A DNA stretch of 64,000 nt from an uncultured Clostridia bacterium (GCA_944390405.1 CALXPS010000004.1:8-64007), one strand, 5' to 3'. Numbered from the stretch's first letter, positions 18,419-29,499 are shown. Notes: generated by a model from the letters alone, not told the origin. Translations and numbers: made by a program.

Positions 18419-20317
18419 TTATTCTAATTCAAAAGCTCCTGTGTATAGTTGATAGTATTTTCCTTTTTGTTTTATTAGTTCGTTATGGTCTCCTCTTTCT
18501 ATTATTCTACCATTTTCTAGAACTATTATTGCCTTTGCATTTCTTACTGTTGATAATCTATGTGCTATTACAAATACCGTTCTTCCCTCCATTAATTTAT
18601 CCATGCCTTCTTGAACTATTTTTTCTGTTCTTGTGTCTATTGAACTTGTTGCTTCATCTAGTATCATTACTGGCGGATCATTTATTGCTGCTCTTGCTAT
18701 TGATAGCAATTGTCTTTGACCTTGTGATAGATTTGATCCATTTGATGTTAACATTGTATTATATCCTTTTGGTAGTCTCATTATGAAGTCATGTGCATTT
18801 GCAAGTTTCGCTGCTGAAATAACTTCTTCATCAGTTGCATTTTCTTTTCCATATTTGATATTTTCTTTTATTGTTCCAGTAAATAAATTTGTATCTTGTA
18901 ATACTATTCCTAATGATCTTCTTAAATCTGATTTTTTTATCTTGTTAATATTTATTCCATCATACCTAATTTTTCCATCTTCTATATCGTAAAATCTATT
19001 TATCAAATTGGTTATTGTTGTTTTCCCTGCTCCTGTTGCTCCAACAAATGCTATTTTTTGCCCTGGTTTTGCATATAGAGATACATCATGTAATACTTCT
19101 TTATCTGGCTCATACCCAAAGTCTACATTTATCAATTCTATATAACCTCTCAATTCTTCATATGTTAATGTTCCATCATGATGAGGATGTTTCCATGCCC
19201 ACATTCCTGTACGCTCTTTTGTTTCTTGTATTTTTCCATCTACTTTTTTAGCATTTACTAATGTTACATATCCTTGGTCTTCTTCTGGTTTTACATCCAT
19301 TAGTTCAAATATTCTATTTGCTCCAGCAAGTGCCATTACAATTGAGTTAAGTTGGTTTGATATTTGCATAACTGGTTGGTTAAAGCTTTTTGTTAATTGT
19401 AAGAATGATGCTATTGCACCTACTGAAAGTAGTCCATTCCAGTTTATTGCTATAAATCCACCTATTATTGCTACTAAAACATATTCTAAGTTTCCTAAGT
19501 TGTTTAGCATAGGCATTAGGATGTTTGCATATTTATTCGCTTTTGTTGTATTTTCACATAGTTCTTCATTAATTTTATTAAATTTTTCTTTTGCCTCTTC
19601 TTCATAAGTAAATACTTTAACAACTTTTTGTCCGTTTATCATTTCTTCTACAAAACCATTTGCTTTTCCTAGAGTAGCTTGTTGATTTGCAAAGTATTTT
19701 GCACTTTTAGAAGCAACTTTTCCTGTTATTTTTAACATTAAAAATACAAATAGTAATATAAATACTGTAAGTGGAATACTTATAGTAAGCATTGCACAAA
19801 ATACTGCTACTATTGTTACAGTTGATGCCATTAAGTTAGGTAAACTTTGAGATATCATTTGCATTAATGTATCTGTATCGTTTGTATAATGGCTCATTAT
19901 ATCTCCATGTGTGTTAGTATCAAAGTATTTTATAGGGAAACTTTGCATTTTATCGAACATTTCATCTCTTATTGTTTTTAACACACCTTGTGAAACCATT
20001 ACCATTGTTCTATTGTATAAATATGTTGATACAATACCTACTAAATATATTAATATCATTATTGCAATTGCTTTTAAAAGTCCTGTAAATACTGGATTTT
20101 CCATTGATAATAATGGTGTTATATAGTCATCTATTAATGTTTTTAGGAATAGTGAACCTGCAACCCCTGCAATAGAACTAAGGATTATACAAATTATTAC
20201 TAGAACTAACTGTTTTTTATATCCTTTTGTTATATATCCTAATAGCCTTTTTACAGTTTTCTTTTTGTTTTTTACTTGTTTTGGCTGTGCTATCCCTGTT
20301 CTTCTACTAGGTCTCAT
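18419..20317 (-). CDS. ABC exporter, fused permease/ATPase (consensus-site half of a heterodimer)
   Basis: Six-TM domain; Walker A GATGAGKTT; Walker B VMILDEATSSID with catalytic Glu; non-canonical signature LSQGQ. Confidence 0.85.
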   Translation of the reverse strand: MRPSRRTGIAQPKQVKNKKKTVKRLLGYITKGYKKQLVLVIICIILSSIAGVAGSLFLKTLIDDYITPLLSMENPVFTGLLKAIAIMILIYLVGIVSTYLYNRTMVMVSQGVLKTIRDEMFDKMQSFPIKYFDTNTHGDIMSHYTNDTDTLMQMISQSLPNLMASTVTIVAVFCAMLTISIPLTVFILLFVFLMLKITGKVASKSAKYFANQQATLGKANGFVEEMINGQKVVKVFTYEEEAKEKFNKINEELCENTTKANKYANILMPMLNNLGNLEYVLVAIIGGFIAINWNGLLSVGAIASFLQLTKSFNQPVMQISNQLNSIVMALAGANRIFELMDVKPEEDQGYVTLVNAKKVDGKIQETKERTGMWAWKHPHHDGTLTYEELRGYIELINVDFGYEPDKEVLHDVSLYAKPGQKIAFVGATGAGKTTITNLINRFYDIEDGKIRYDGININKIKKSDLRRSLGIVLQDTNLFTGTIKENIKYGKENATDEEVISAAKLANAHDFIMRLPKGYNTMLTSNGSNLSQGQRQLLSIARAAINDPPVMILDEATSSIDTRTEKIVQEGMDKLMEGRTVFVIAHRLSTVRNAKAIIVLENGRIIERGDHNELIKQKGKYYQLYTGAFELE

Positions 20318-22061
20318 TCTCTGTTCCTCCTTTTACTTGTGATTCATATACTTCTCTATATATATCATTTGTTTTTAGTAGTTCTTCATGTGTACCTATT
20401 CCATTTATTGTGCCATTATCTAATATAATAATTTTATCCGCTTCTTGTACTGATGCTATTCTTTGTGCAATTATTATTTTTGTTGTATTTGGAATTTCTT
20501 CTTTAAAAGCTCTTCTAATTAAACTATCCGTTTTTGTATCTACTGCACTTGTAGAATCATCTAATATTAATATTTTTGGTTTTTTTAGTAAAGCTCTTGC
20601 TATACATAATCTTTGTCTTTGACCACCAGATACGTTTGTTCCTCCTTGTTCAATATATGTATCATATTTATTTGGAAATTTTTGTATGAATTCATCTGCT
20701 TGTGCTAATCTGCACGCTTTTTCTAGTTCTTCATCTGTTGCATTTTTATCTCCCCATCTTAAATTTTCTTTTATTGTTCCTGAAAACAATACATTTTTTT
20801 GTAGTACTACTGAAACTGCATTTCTTAATACTTCAAGGTCATATTTTTTAACATTTATTCCACCTACTTCAACACTGCCTTCTGTTGCATCATAAAGCCT
20901 TGGAATAAGATTGACTAATGTAGATTTGCCTGAGCCTATTCCGCCAATAATTCCTACTGTTTCACCAGAATTTATTATAAAGTTAATATTTTTCAAACAT
21001 TCTTTTTTCTTACTGTTTACATAGCTAAATGATACATTTTTAAATTCTATTTTTCCATTTTCTACTTTTTCTATTGGTTTTTTAGGATTTTTTATGTCTG
21101 GCTCTTCCTTTAGTACTTCTACAATTCTTTCTGCTGAAGTTCTTGCAATTGTACTCATAACTAAAATCATTGCTAGCATCATTAAGCTTGATAGTATTTG
21201 AATACCATATGTAATTAAACTTGTAATTTCTCCTGTTGTTAATTCTGTCATGTGTGTGCTTACAATAATTTTTGCTCCAAACCATGATATTAATATTATT
21301 GCCGCATATATCGCAAATTGCATTGTTGGTGATGTTAAAGCCATAATTTTTTGTGCTTTTGTAAAGTCTTTATATATCTCTGTTGATATATTTCCAAATT
21401 TTCTTTTTTCTCTTTCTTCTAATAAATATGATTTTACTACTCTTATTCCACTTACATTTTCTTCTACTACATTATTTAGATCATCATATCTTTTAAATAC
21501 TCTTTCAAATATTGGATGTACTCTGCTCATAATGAAATATAAAGCTATTCCTACAACTGGAATTAGTAGTAAAAATATTAATGATAGCTTCATATTTATT
21601 GAAAATGCCATAATTAATGAAAATATAAGCATAAGTGGTGTTCTTACTACAATTCTTGTAATCATCTGAAATGCCATTTGTACGTTTGAAACATCTGTAG
21701 TAAGCCTTGTTACTATACTTGCTGTACTAAATTTATCTACATTTGAAAATGAAAATTTTTGTACTTTATAATATAAATCCTTTCTTAAATTTTTTGCAAA
21801 ACCTGCTGATGCTTTTGAAGCGGTTATACCTGATAGCACACCAAAAACTAATGATAAGATTGAAGCTATTACCAGTGCTACTCCTATTTTTAGTATTTCA
21901 TTCATTTGACCACTATATATTCCTTTATCTATTAAGTTTGCCATAAGTAGTGGTATAATTACCTCCATTATTACTTCTAGTGTTACTAGCATTGGTGTAA
22001 CTAATGCTGGTCTTTTATATTCTCTTACTGATTTTCCTAGTGTTTTTATCATGTCAATCAT
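20307..22061 (-). CDS. ABC exporter, fused permease/ATPase (degenerate-site half of a heterodimer)
   Basis: Walker A GGIGSGKST; canonical signature VSGGQRQR; Walker B ILILDDSTSAVD (Asp replaces the catalytic Glu). Overlaps its partner gene by 11 nt. Confidence 0.85.
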   Translation of the reverse strand: MIDMIKTLGKSVREYKRPALVTPMLVTLEVIMEVIIPLLMANLIDKGIYSGQMNEILKIGVALVIASILSLVFGVLSGITASKASAGFAKNLRKDLYYKVQKFSFSNVDKFSTASIVTRLTTDVSNVQMAFQMITRIVVRTPLMLIFSLIMAFSINMKLSLIFLLLIPVVGIALYFIMSRVHPIFERVFKRYDDLNNVVEENVSGIRVVKSYLLEEREKRKFGNISTEIYKDFTKAQKIMALTSPTMQFAIYAAIILISWFGAKIIVSTHMTELTTGEITSLITYGIQILSSLMMLAMILVMSTIARTSAERIVEVLKEEPDIKNPKKPIEKVENGKIEFKNVSFSYVNSKKKECLKNINFIINSGETVGIIGGIGSGKSTLVNLIPRLYDATEGSVEVGGINVKKYDLEVLRNAVSVVLQKNVLFSGTIKENLRWGDKNATDEELEKACRLAQADEFIQKFPNKYDTYIEQGGTNVSGGQRQRLCIARALLKKPKILILDDSTSAVDTKTDSLIRRAFKEEIPNTTKIIIAQRIASVQEADKIIILDNGTINGIGTHEELLKTNDIYREVYESQVKGGTENET

Positions 22062-22211
22062 AATTTTCCTCCCATATCTTATTAATATATAATATAATTA
22101 TTAAAATTTTCTTAAATATTCCAAATATTAATTGTACTTTAATTTTAAATTTTAGTCAATAGATTTTATGTTATTTTGCATATTTTTTCTATTATAGGAA
22201 AAACTTATTTT

Positions 22212-23912
22212 ATGAGTAATTTAAAAGATAAGTTAAAAGAATTATTTTTATATGTACCTACTGAAAAATATGATTTTATTTTATCAGAAAATAATGCAAC
22301 ACCGAATGATAAGGATTTATCCACTACTTTTTTGCCAGATGCAGAGATTTTCTCTAGTTTAGCTAAAAACTATGATTATTTAAAAGTACAGTACAATAGT
22401 TTAATTAATAGTGATATCATATTACGCCCTTTTGTTATTAACATTTGTGGTAAAACTTATAATGCTTTATTAATTGGTATTGATGGAATGATTTCATCTC
22501 CTCTAGTTAATAATTTCTTATTGCGACCTTTGATGGGAACTAATAGTTGTAATAACAATAAAAATTTACGTACTAAAAATGGCATTGAGTTTAAAAAGAT
22601 TAAGAAAGTAAATGTTGCAGACTATATTTTTGATAAGCTTTTACCTCAAAATACTGTAAAAAAGGTTAGTAAATTTTCTGAAGTTTCTAATAGTGTTAAT
22701 AGTGGCGATTGTGCTCTTTTTGTTGATACTCTTAATATTGCCTTTGTTGTAGATGTTAAAGGTTTTGAAAGCAGAGGTATAGATAGTCCTAAGAATGAAA
22801 TTGTTGTAAGAGGTTCCCAAGAAGCATTCGTAGAAAAGCTTAGGACAAACACATCTATTCTTAGGCGATTAATTAATAGCCCTGAATTAATTATAGAAAA
22901 TTCATCTATTGGTAATATAAGTGAAACAAAAATTGCTATTTGTTATATGAAAAATATAGCTAATTCTAGTCTAATTGCAGAAGTAAAATATAGGCTTAAT
23001 AATATTGATGTTGATTATATTATCTCTTCTGGTAATGTTGAACAATTAATTCAAGATAATAGTAAAGTTGCATTTCCTCAAATGATATCTACTGAGCGTC
23101 CTGATAAGGCTGTAAATCATTTGCTTGAAGGAAGAATTGCAATACTTGTTAATGGATCACCATATTGTTTAATTGTTCCTGGTGTTTTTATTGATTTTTT
23201 ATCTTCTCCTGAAGATTTAAATTTAAAACATCAATACTCAAACCTCTTAAAAATTATAAGATTTATTGCAACATTTATTACACTTTTCCTTCCTGGAGTA
23301 TATGTTGCTATAATGTACTATCATACAGAATTAGTGCCCACACCGTTATTATTTACCATAGCCGCTTCTAGGAATTCTGTTCCTTTTCCTATTATTTTTG
23401 AAATTCTTCTTATGGAAATTTCATTTGAACTTATTAGAGAAGCTGGGCTTAGAATTCCAACCCCTATTGGCCCCACTATTGGTATAATTGGAGCACTGGT
23501 ATTAGGAGATGCTGCCGTAAGTGCAAATTTAGTTAGCCCTGTTCTTATAGTAATTGTTGCTTTAACAGGTCTTTGCTCTTTTGCTATTCCTGACTTTTCA
23601 CTTAATTTTACATTTAGAATTTATAAATTCTTATATATCTTCTTAGGATATATTGCCGGATTATTAGGAATTGCAGCAGGTTTATTTGTGCAAGTAACTA
23701 TTTTATGTAATTTGAGGTCTTTCGGAGCTTCATATTTTGCTCCTTATGCACCTATGACTAATTTAAAAACTTCTGTTTCTTATTTTATTCATCCTATTTG
23801 GAAAAGGGAACATAGAAGCGACTTTTTAAATACAAAAAGACCTATAGAACAGCCTCATATTAGTATGAAATGGCACATGGAAAAAAATGATAACAAAAAT
23901 CAGAAAGGATAG
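22212..23912 (+). CDS. Spore germination protein, GerA-family A subunit
   Basis: GerA family core (GSQEAFVEKLRTNTSILRRL...ISTERPDKAV..LLEGR.AILVNGSP) with C-terminal TM segments. Start at MSNLKDK. Confidence 0.85.
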   Translation: MSNLKDKLKELFLYVPTEKYDFILSENNATPNDKDLSTTFLPDAEIFSSLAKNYDYLKVQYNSLINSDIILRPFVINICGKTYNALLIGIDGMISSPLVNNFLLRPLMGTNSCNNNKNLRTKNGIEFKKIKKVNVADYIFDKLLPQNTVKKVSKFSEVSNSVNSGDCALFVDTLNIAFVVDVKGFESRGIDSPKNEIVVRGSQEAFVEKLRTNTSILRRLINSPELIIENSSIGNISETKIAICYMKNIANSSLIAEVKYRLNNIDVDYIISSGNVEQLIQDNSKVAFPQMISTERPDKAVNHLLEGRIAILVNGSPYCLIVPGVFIDFLSSPEDLNLKHQYSNLLKIIRFIATFITLFLPGVYVAIMYYHTELVPTPLLFTIAASRNSVPFPIIFEILLMEISFELIREAGLRIPTPIGPTIGIIGALVLGDAAVSANLVSPVLIVIVALTGLCSFAIPDFSLNFTFRIYKFLYIFLGYIAGLLGIAAGLFVQVTILCNLRSFGASYFAPYAPMTNLKTSVSYFIHPIWKREHRSDFLNTKRPIEQPHISMKWHMEKNDNKNQKG

Positions 23913-23915
23913 GAT

Positions 23916-25022
23916 ATGAATTCTATAGAAAAAATTGGTAAGTTTGAAGTTATTGCTTTATTTATAACTATTATCAGTAATAATATAATAATTAATATTT
24001 CTACTATTATTGTAAATAATTCTTCTACTGGTGCTTGGCTTAATATTATATATCTTACACTTATTTGCTTAGTTTTTATATTTTTCATTTGTAAGTTTTT
24101 TAAGCCTTTTATAAATTCTGATATTCTGGATGTTTCTGAATTTTTGGGAGGTAAAATTTTAAAAACTATAATGTCCATATTGTATGTTGCACTTTTTATA
24201 ATTTCATCTGCAACATGTATAAGATATTTTTCTAACAGTTTAAAATTAATATATTTTAATTATACTCCTTTAGTTTTTCTAATTTTATTAATGATAATTC
24301 CTGTTGTAATTGCTAATAGATACGGTTTAAAAGGTATTTCTGGAGCTAATTTGATTTTCCTTCCAGTTGCTGTTTTTTCTATAATTACACTTTTCTTTAC
24401 TGCCTCACAAGATTTTGTATGGGAAAGGCTCTTCCCTGCTTTAGGTTATGGAGCTAAAGAAACATTTTTATTACAAATTACTAATATTTTTGCTTTTGAT
24501 GTAATTGGTTATTTATATTTTTTAAAACCTTTTTTGAAAAAAGAAACTGACTTTAAAAAAATTTCTATTATTGCTGTTATTCTTTGTGGATTGTACTTGC
24601 TTTTAAGTATAATTTCCCTATTAATGTCCTTTTCTTTTATTATGCAAACTGATGAAACACTTTCTTTGTATTTATTAACAAGATTAATTAGCTTTGGTAA
24701 TTTTCTTCAAAGAGTTGATGCAATATTCATTTTTATATGGATTTTAACTATTTTATCATATTTAAGTTTAAATTTATTTATTATTACACAAATTATAAAA
24801 AAGACTATAAACTTAAAATCCACTGCTCAAATAATATATCCAATTGCTGTATTTATTTTTAGTATTGGATTACTTTTTAAAAATATCATGTCAATTAAAT
24901 TATTTATTAGTAATTTTTACAATATATATAGTGCTATTTTAATTTTTATAATAAGTTTTATAATACTTTTGCTTGCTTATATTAAAAAGAAGAAAAAACA
25001 AGGAGTTAAAAATGAGATTTAA
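23916..25022 (+). CDS. Spore germination protein, GerA-family B subunit (permease-like)
   Basis: About 10 TM helices; position between the A and C subunits. Confidence 0.75.
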   Translation: MNSIEKIGKFEVIALFITIISNNIIINISTIIVNNSSTGAWLNIIYLTLICLVFIFFICKFFKPFINSDILDVSEFLGGKILKTIMSILYVALFIISSATCIRYFSNSLKLIYFNYTPLVFLILLMIIPVVIANRYGLKGISGANLIFLPVAVFSIITLFFTASQDFVWERLFPALGYGAKETFLLQITNIFAFDVIGYLYFLKPFLKKETDFKKISIIAVILCGLYLLLSIISLLMSFSFIMQTDETLSLYLLTRLISFGNFLQRVDAIFIFIWILTILSYLSLNLFIITQIIKKTINLKSTAQIIYPIAVFIFSIGLLFKNIMSIKLFISNFYNIYSAILIFIISFIILLLAYIKKKKKQGVKNEI

Positions 25023-26234
25023 AAATTTTTTATTATTTTTGATTTTATTTATTTGTATGTTTTTTTTAACAGGTTGTTATACATCACAAAGTGTTGAAAC
25101 AAAGGCATATGTAGTAGCTATGGGTATAGATAATCGGGGAGAAAAACACATATAAACTCTCTCTTCAGGTTGCTATTTTAAATAATGATAGCTCTGGCTC
25201 TTCTGGAAGCTCAAATAGTCAATCTTCTACTGTTCTATCTGTAGATTGTTCTAATATTGATTCTGGTATTAGCCTTATAAATAGCTATATCAGTAAAAAA
25301 ATAAATTTATCTCATTGCAAAGCTGTTATTATTTCAGAGGAATTGGCATATAATGGAGTTTCTGACATACTTCATACTTTAATAAATAATGTTGAAATTA
25401 GACCTGATTGCAATTTAATTATTAGTAGAAGCAGCGCTTTTGATTTTTTAGAACATTCTTCTCCTGTTTTTGAATCTAGTCCTGCAAACTATTATGAATT
25501 AATATTAAATTCTACCGAATATTCTGGTTATGTTGCAGATTTACGTTTATCTGACTTTTTCTCCAGTGTTCTAAGTACTACTTCACAGCCTTGTGCTATA
25601 CTAGGTGGTATCAACACACCAGAAACGCAAAAGCAAGATGCTTCTACTTCTTTAGATGGCAATTATAAAGCTAATCAAACACCTATACAAAGTCAAAATC
25701 GAATAGAAAATATTGGTACTGCTGTTTTTATGCGGAGATAAACTTGTTGGAGAATTAGATAATGTCGAAACATTATGCCACTTAATCATTACTAATAAAT
25801 TAGAAAATGCTACTGTGATTATTCCTAATCCTTTTGATTTTAACAGTACTATTTCTGTTTATATTAATCTAAATAAAAAGACTGAAAATGATGTTTCTTT
25901 TATAAATGGATATCCTTATATAGAATGTAATGTAAATATTTCTGGAGATATATTATCAATTGATGAATCTGTAGATTTAACAGATCCTTCTGCTTTACAA
26001 ACAATAAATTCATATGTAAATACTTATTTAGAAGATAATATAACTTCGTATTTATATAAAACTGCAAAAGAGTTTAAATCTGATATAGCTAATTTTGGCC
26101 AATATGTATTACCTAAATATGCTACTTGGGAAGATTGGATTGCTTCTGATTGGTTAAATAATTATCAAAACTCTTTCTTTACTGTAAATGTAAATACTAA
26201 TATTCAAAGTGGGTATTTGTTTAACAAAATTTAA
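25012..26234 (+). pseudogene. Spore germination lipoprotein, GerA-family C subunit, interrupted by two frameshifts
   Basis: Lipobox FFLTGC. The homologous sequence continues in three frames (25012-25155, about 25141-25741, 25713-26234). The breaks sit next to the G4/A5 run at 25136-25146 and the T5 run at 25725-25729. Confidence 0.7.
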
Positions 26235-26253
26235 TAGAAAGGATTAAAATATT

Positions 26254-26430
26254 ATGGCTATTATTGTTTTATTATTATCTGTTTGGATTTTTATAAGAAC
26301 TTTAAGTTATGGTATATATGAAATAAAACAAAATAGCAATAAATTTGGTGGTATTGTTACCATCGCATTTGCTATTTTGTCTCTAATATTACCGAACTTA
26401 GTAATTTATATTAATGGATTTGCTCAATAA
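26254..26430 (+). CDS. Small two-TM membrane protein (possible Ger receptor D-type subunit)
   Basis: Manual ORF MAIIVLLLSVWIFIRTLSYGIYEIKQNSNKFGGIVTIAFAILSLILPNLVIYINGFAQ* (58 aa), 20 nt after the gerC-like stop. Below the ORF-track cutoff. Confidence 0.4.
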   Translation: MAIIVLLLSVWIFIRTLSYGIYEIKQNSNKFGGIVTIAFAILSLILPNLVIYINGFAQ

Positions 26431-26657
26431 AATATTCCTAATGTAATTGCTAATATTATAAATAATATTCCAAGGATAATTGTAGTTCTCTTCAATTTTC
26501 CTTGTGTTGTTTTACCTTTATTCTTCTCATAAAATGAATTAGTTCCACCTGTAATAGTACTAGAAGCTCCTTCATCATCTTTAGACTGTATTAATGTTAA
26601 TATAGTTAATATAACTGCAACAATTGCATATATAATTATTAAAAAAGTTTTCATCAT
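26424..26657 (-). CDS. secG: Preprotein translocase subunit SecG
   Basis: 77 aa, two TM helices, a central Gly/Ser-rich loop (SSTITGGTNSFY), typical SecG layout. Confidence 0.75.
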   Translation of the reverse strand: MMKTFLIIIYAIVAVILTILTLIQSKDDEGASSTITGGTNSFYEKNKGKTTQGKLKRTTIILGILFIILAITLGIFY

Positions 26658-26843
26658 TTTCCTCCTTAAAGTTTAAAAAGTTTTAATGTTTTTAATTTTT
26701 TATTCTTTATTGCTAATGACTTTACTATTGTAGCACAAACTTTTTTAAAAATCAATAAAATTTGGTTAAAAAATCAGGGAAACAGGGAAATATAATATCT
26801 TGACCAAATTTTGTTATAATGATATAATAGATTTGGTGATTTT

Positions 26844-27431
26844 ATGAAAACAGCATTTATTATTCATGGTTTCAATGGAGATACATTATATACTTTTGGT
26901 CCTTGGCTTAAAAATGAGTTAATCAAAAGAGACTATAATGTCATTATGCCAGAGTTTCCAATACGTTCGGAAGCTACTTATTATACCTGGTCCTCAATAT
27001 TAAATAATTTTATAAGCACTTTTGATAATGATACTATTATTATTTGTCATTCTATTGGAAATCCTTTTATCATAAAATATCTTTCTTCAAATAATTTAAA
27101 GGCTAAACTATATATTAGTGTTGCTGGATTTTGCGATTTATTTACTGTTCCAGATAGAGATGACTTGAACAAGGCTTTTGTAGATTTTCAAGTTGATAGC
27201 AAAAATATAGAATATTGCAAGAATACTATTCCTTATAGATATTCTTTATATAGTGATAATGACCATGTTATTCCTATTGATATTCTTAAAAATTTTGTAT
27301 TGCAATTAAACTCTACTGGAGTATTTATAAGTGGAGTTGGTCACATGGGGAATAGAAATAATATTCATAATTTGCCACAAATTACTAAAATATTAGATGA
27401 TGTTTTGAAAAATAATGAGGTGAACATTTGA
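26844..27431 (+). CDS. Serine hydrolase, YdeN/RBBP9-like alpha/beta fold
   Basis: AFIIHGFNGD, nucleophile HSIG, SDNDHVIP, GHMG; about 195 aa, typical for this family. Confidence 0.6.
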   Translation: MKTAFIIHGFNGDTLYTFGPWLKNELIKRDYNVIMPEFPIRSEATYYTWSSILNNFISTFDNDTIIICHSIGNPFIIKYLSSNNLKAKLYISVAGFCDLFTVPDRDDLNKAFVDFQVDSKNIEYCKNTIPYRYSLYSDNDHVIPIDILKNFVLQLNSTGVFISGVGHMGNRNNIHNLPQITKILDDVLKNNEVNI

Positions 27432-27452
27432 AGTTCCCTCATTGTTTTTTTA

Positions 27453-28274
27453 CTAAATTGCTTCTATAAATTCTTTTACTATCTGCTTAAATATTATTTT
27501 AACTTTATCTGCTGTATTTTTTACATCATCATATGATAATTTTTCTTCTAACACTCCTGCCGCCATATTTGTTATGCAAGATACTGCTACATTTTTTATC
27601 CCACAGTGATGTGCAATTACCGCCTCTGGTACTGTTGACATACCTACGGCATCTGCTCCCATAATTCTTAATGCTCTTATCTCCGCTGGTGTTTCAAATG
27701 TGGGTCCTTTCATATATGCGTATACTCCCTCTCGTACAACGCCTGCTTTTTCTTTTATTATTTCTTTTAATTTATCACTTAATTCTTTATTGAAAGTTTC
27801 GCTTGTATCTGGAAATCTTTCTCCAAATTCAGAAAGATTTTGCCCTCTTAGTGCTGATTCTGCAAAAAAACTTAAATAATCATTTATTACCATAAAGTCT
27901 CCTGCTTTATACTCTTTGTTAATTCCACCTGCTGCATTTGTAATTATCAGTGTTTCTATTCCAAGTAATTTAAAAACTCTTTCTGGAAAAGTAGTCTCTT
28001 TTAAATCATAGCCTTCATAGTAATGAAAACGTCCATTCATAGCAATTATTTCTTTTTTCCCTATGTTTCCGATAATTAATTCTCCTGCATGACCTTCAAC
28101 TGTTGAAATTGGAAAATTTGGTATATCTTTATAATTTATTACAATCTTATTTTCTATGTCTTCACTAATTACTCCTAATCCTGAACCCAAAATTATAGCT
28201 ATCTTAGGTTTTTTTCCATTCATTTTTCCTTTAATATAATTTGCACTTTCTACATACTCTTTAAATTCAAACAT
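27453..28274 (-). CDS. punA: Purine nucleoside phosphorylase (PunA type)
   Basis: AIILGSGLG, STVEGHAGELIIG, GRFHYYEGY, MSTVPEAV. Start moved to MFEFKEY behind a GGAGGG RBS. Confidence 0.85.
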   Translation of the reverse strand: MFEFKEYVESANYIKGKMNGKKPKIAIILGSGLGVISEDIENKIVINYKDIPNFPISTVEGHAGELIIGNIGKKEIIAMNGRFHYYEGYDLKETTFPERVFKLLGIETLIITNAAGGINKEYKAGDFMVINDYLSFFAESALRGQNLSEFGERFPDTSETFNKELSDKLKEIIKEKAGVVREGVYAYMKGPTFETPAEIRALRIMGADAVGMSTVPEAVIAHHCGIKNVAVSCITNMAAGVLEEKLSYDDVKNTADKVKIIFKQIVKEFIEAI

Positions 28275-28299
28275 ACCTATACCCTCCACAAATAAATAA

Positions 28300-29499
28300 T
28301 TATCTTTCATTATCGTCTTCTTTTGTTTTTTCTTGTATAAAGCTATCAGTTTCTTCATCATAATGATAAATTGTTTTATCCTTAGTCTTTTTAGATTGTA
28401 CTACAAATTCATAATTTTTGTCAATATAAATATATATTTTTTCTCCATCGGGATAAGGAATTGTTATACTCGTTATTTCTCCATCAGTTGTCTCTATAGA
28501 ATTAGCTAATTTTTCTAATTCTTTCTCTCGTGCTTCTCTTGATAATGTGTTGTCTATTAAATCTGCTCTTTCGTTTAAAATTTTAGAACCTAATGGATGA
28601 AAAATAAGTGGTAATGCATTACCTCTATCACACAATTTTAATACTAAATCTGATGGCCTTTCGGTTTTCGAAATAACTGCGTATTTTTTTACTTCTTCCA
28701 TTTCTTCTTTAGTTAGTTTTTGATATTCATTTGGTTTTGTTGAAAATGCATAGGCTTTATCAGGTATTTCTAATAAACAAAATCTAATTTTGGATTTATT
28801 TTCAGCATTTTTAAAATCCAAAATATTTAATATTTTGCATTGTTCTGGAATATCTTCATTGTATAAGAAACAATCATATCTTGTTATATTTTTATACTCT
28901 TCTGGTGTTAATACTTGTTTTAAAAGTAATCTGCTATAATACATAACAAAATCTGTGTGTCCTGTTAAATCCATTCTTTCATTAAAATAGTTAAATAGCC
29001 AATCCAATTTTTTTTCAAGAATTTCATCATCTGTCATATTTTGCCATTTTTCATATATTTCTGATTTTGTCTTTTTTTCACCTTGTTTCATTTCTTCTGT
29101 AAGATATTCATTTTCAGCCATAATAATTCTAAAATTTTTAAATTCTTTTTTTACTTGTTCTATTACATCATCCATATATAGACCACATTGCTTATAACCC
29201 AATTTTTCGTCTATTTGGCTTAATTTATCTTGATCTATAAAACTAATTTCTTTTAAACTTTTATTATCTGTTGTAAAACTGTTTTCAAATTTTTTGTATC
29301 GCCTTTCATAATATGCTTTAGAAGCAAAGTCTGGAGTTTTCATTCCTGTTTGTATGTTTTCTATATCCTCTAAATAATTAATTATATATTTTTTACCACT
29401 TCTTGTTGTCAATAAGACATCAACATGTTTAAACATATCTGTATCACATGATACTGTTTCTGCATTAATGCCATTTTCTTTTAAAATTTCAACTACCAT
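28300..29499 (-). CDS. Hypothetical protein; probable C-terminal part of a split transglutaminase-like protein
   Basis: The N-terminus (VVEILKENGINAETVS...KHVDVLL...YIINYLED) looks like the helix, His and Asp of a transglutaminase-like Cys-His-Asp core. The matching Cys (AVCKPLCE) lies upstream of the ATG, in frame, after a stop codon. Confidence 0.45.
   Translation of the reverse strand: MVVEILKENGINAETVSCDTDMFKHVDVLLTTRSGKKYIINYLEDIENIQTGMKTPDFASKAYYERRYKKFENSFTTDNKSLKEISFIDQDKLSQIDEKLGYKQCGLYMDDVIEQVKKEFKNFRIIMAENEYLTEEMKQGEKKTKSEIYEKWQNMTDDEILEKKLDWLFNYFNERMDLTGHTDFVMYYSRLLLKQVLTPEEYKNITRYDCFLYNEDIPEQCKILNILDFKNAENKSKIRFCLLEIPDKAYAFSTKPNEYQKLTKEEMEEVKKYAVISKTERPSDLVLKLCDRGNALPLIFHPLGSKILNERADLIDNTLSREAREKELEKLANSIETTDGEITSITIPYPDGEKIYIYIDKNYEFVVQSKKTKDKTIYHYDEETDSFIQEKTKEDDNER

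Noticed and set aside
27453-28361. Long N-terminal extension of punA (MMKKLIALYKKKQKK...)
   Set aside because: The extension overlaps the preceding gene's end. Homology begins at MFEFKEY, which has a GGAGGG RBS.
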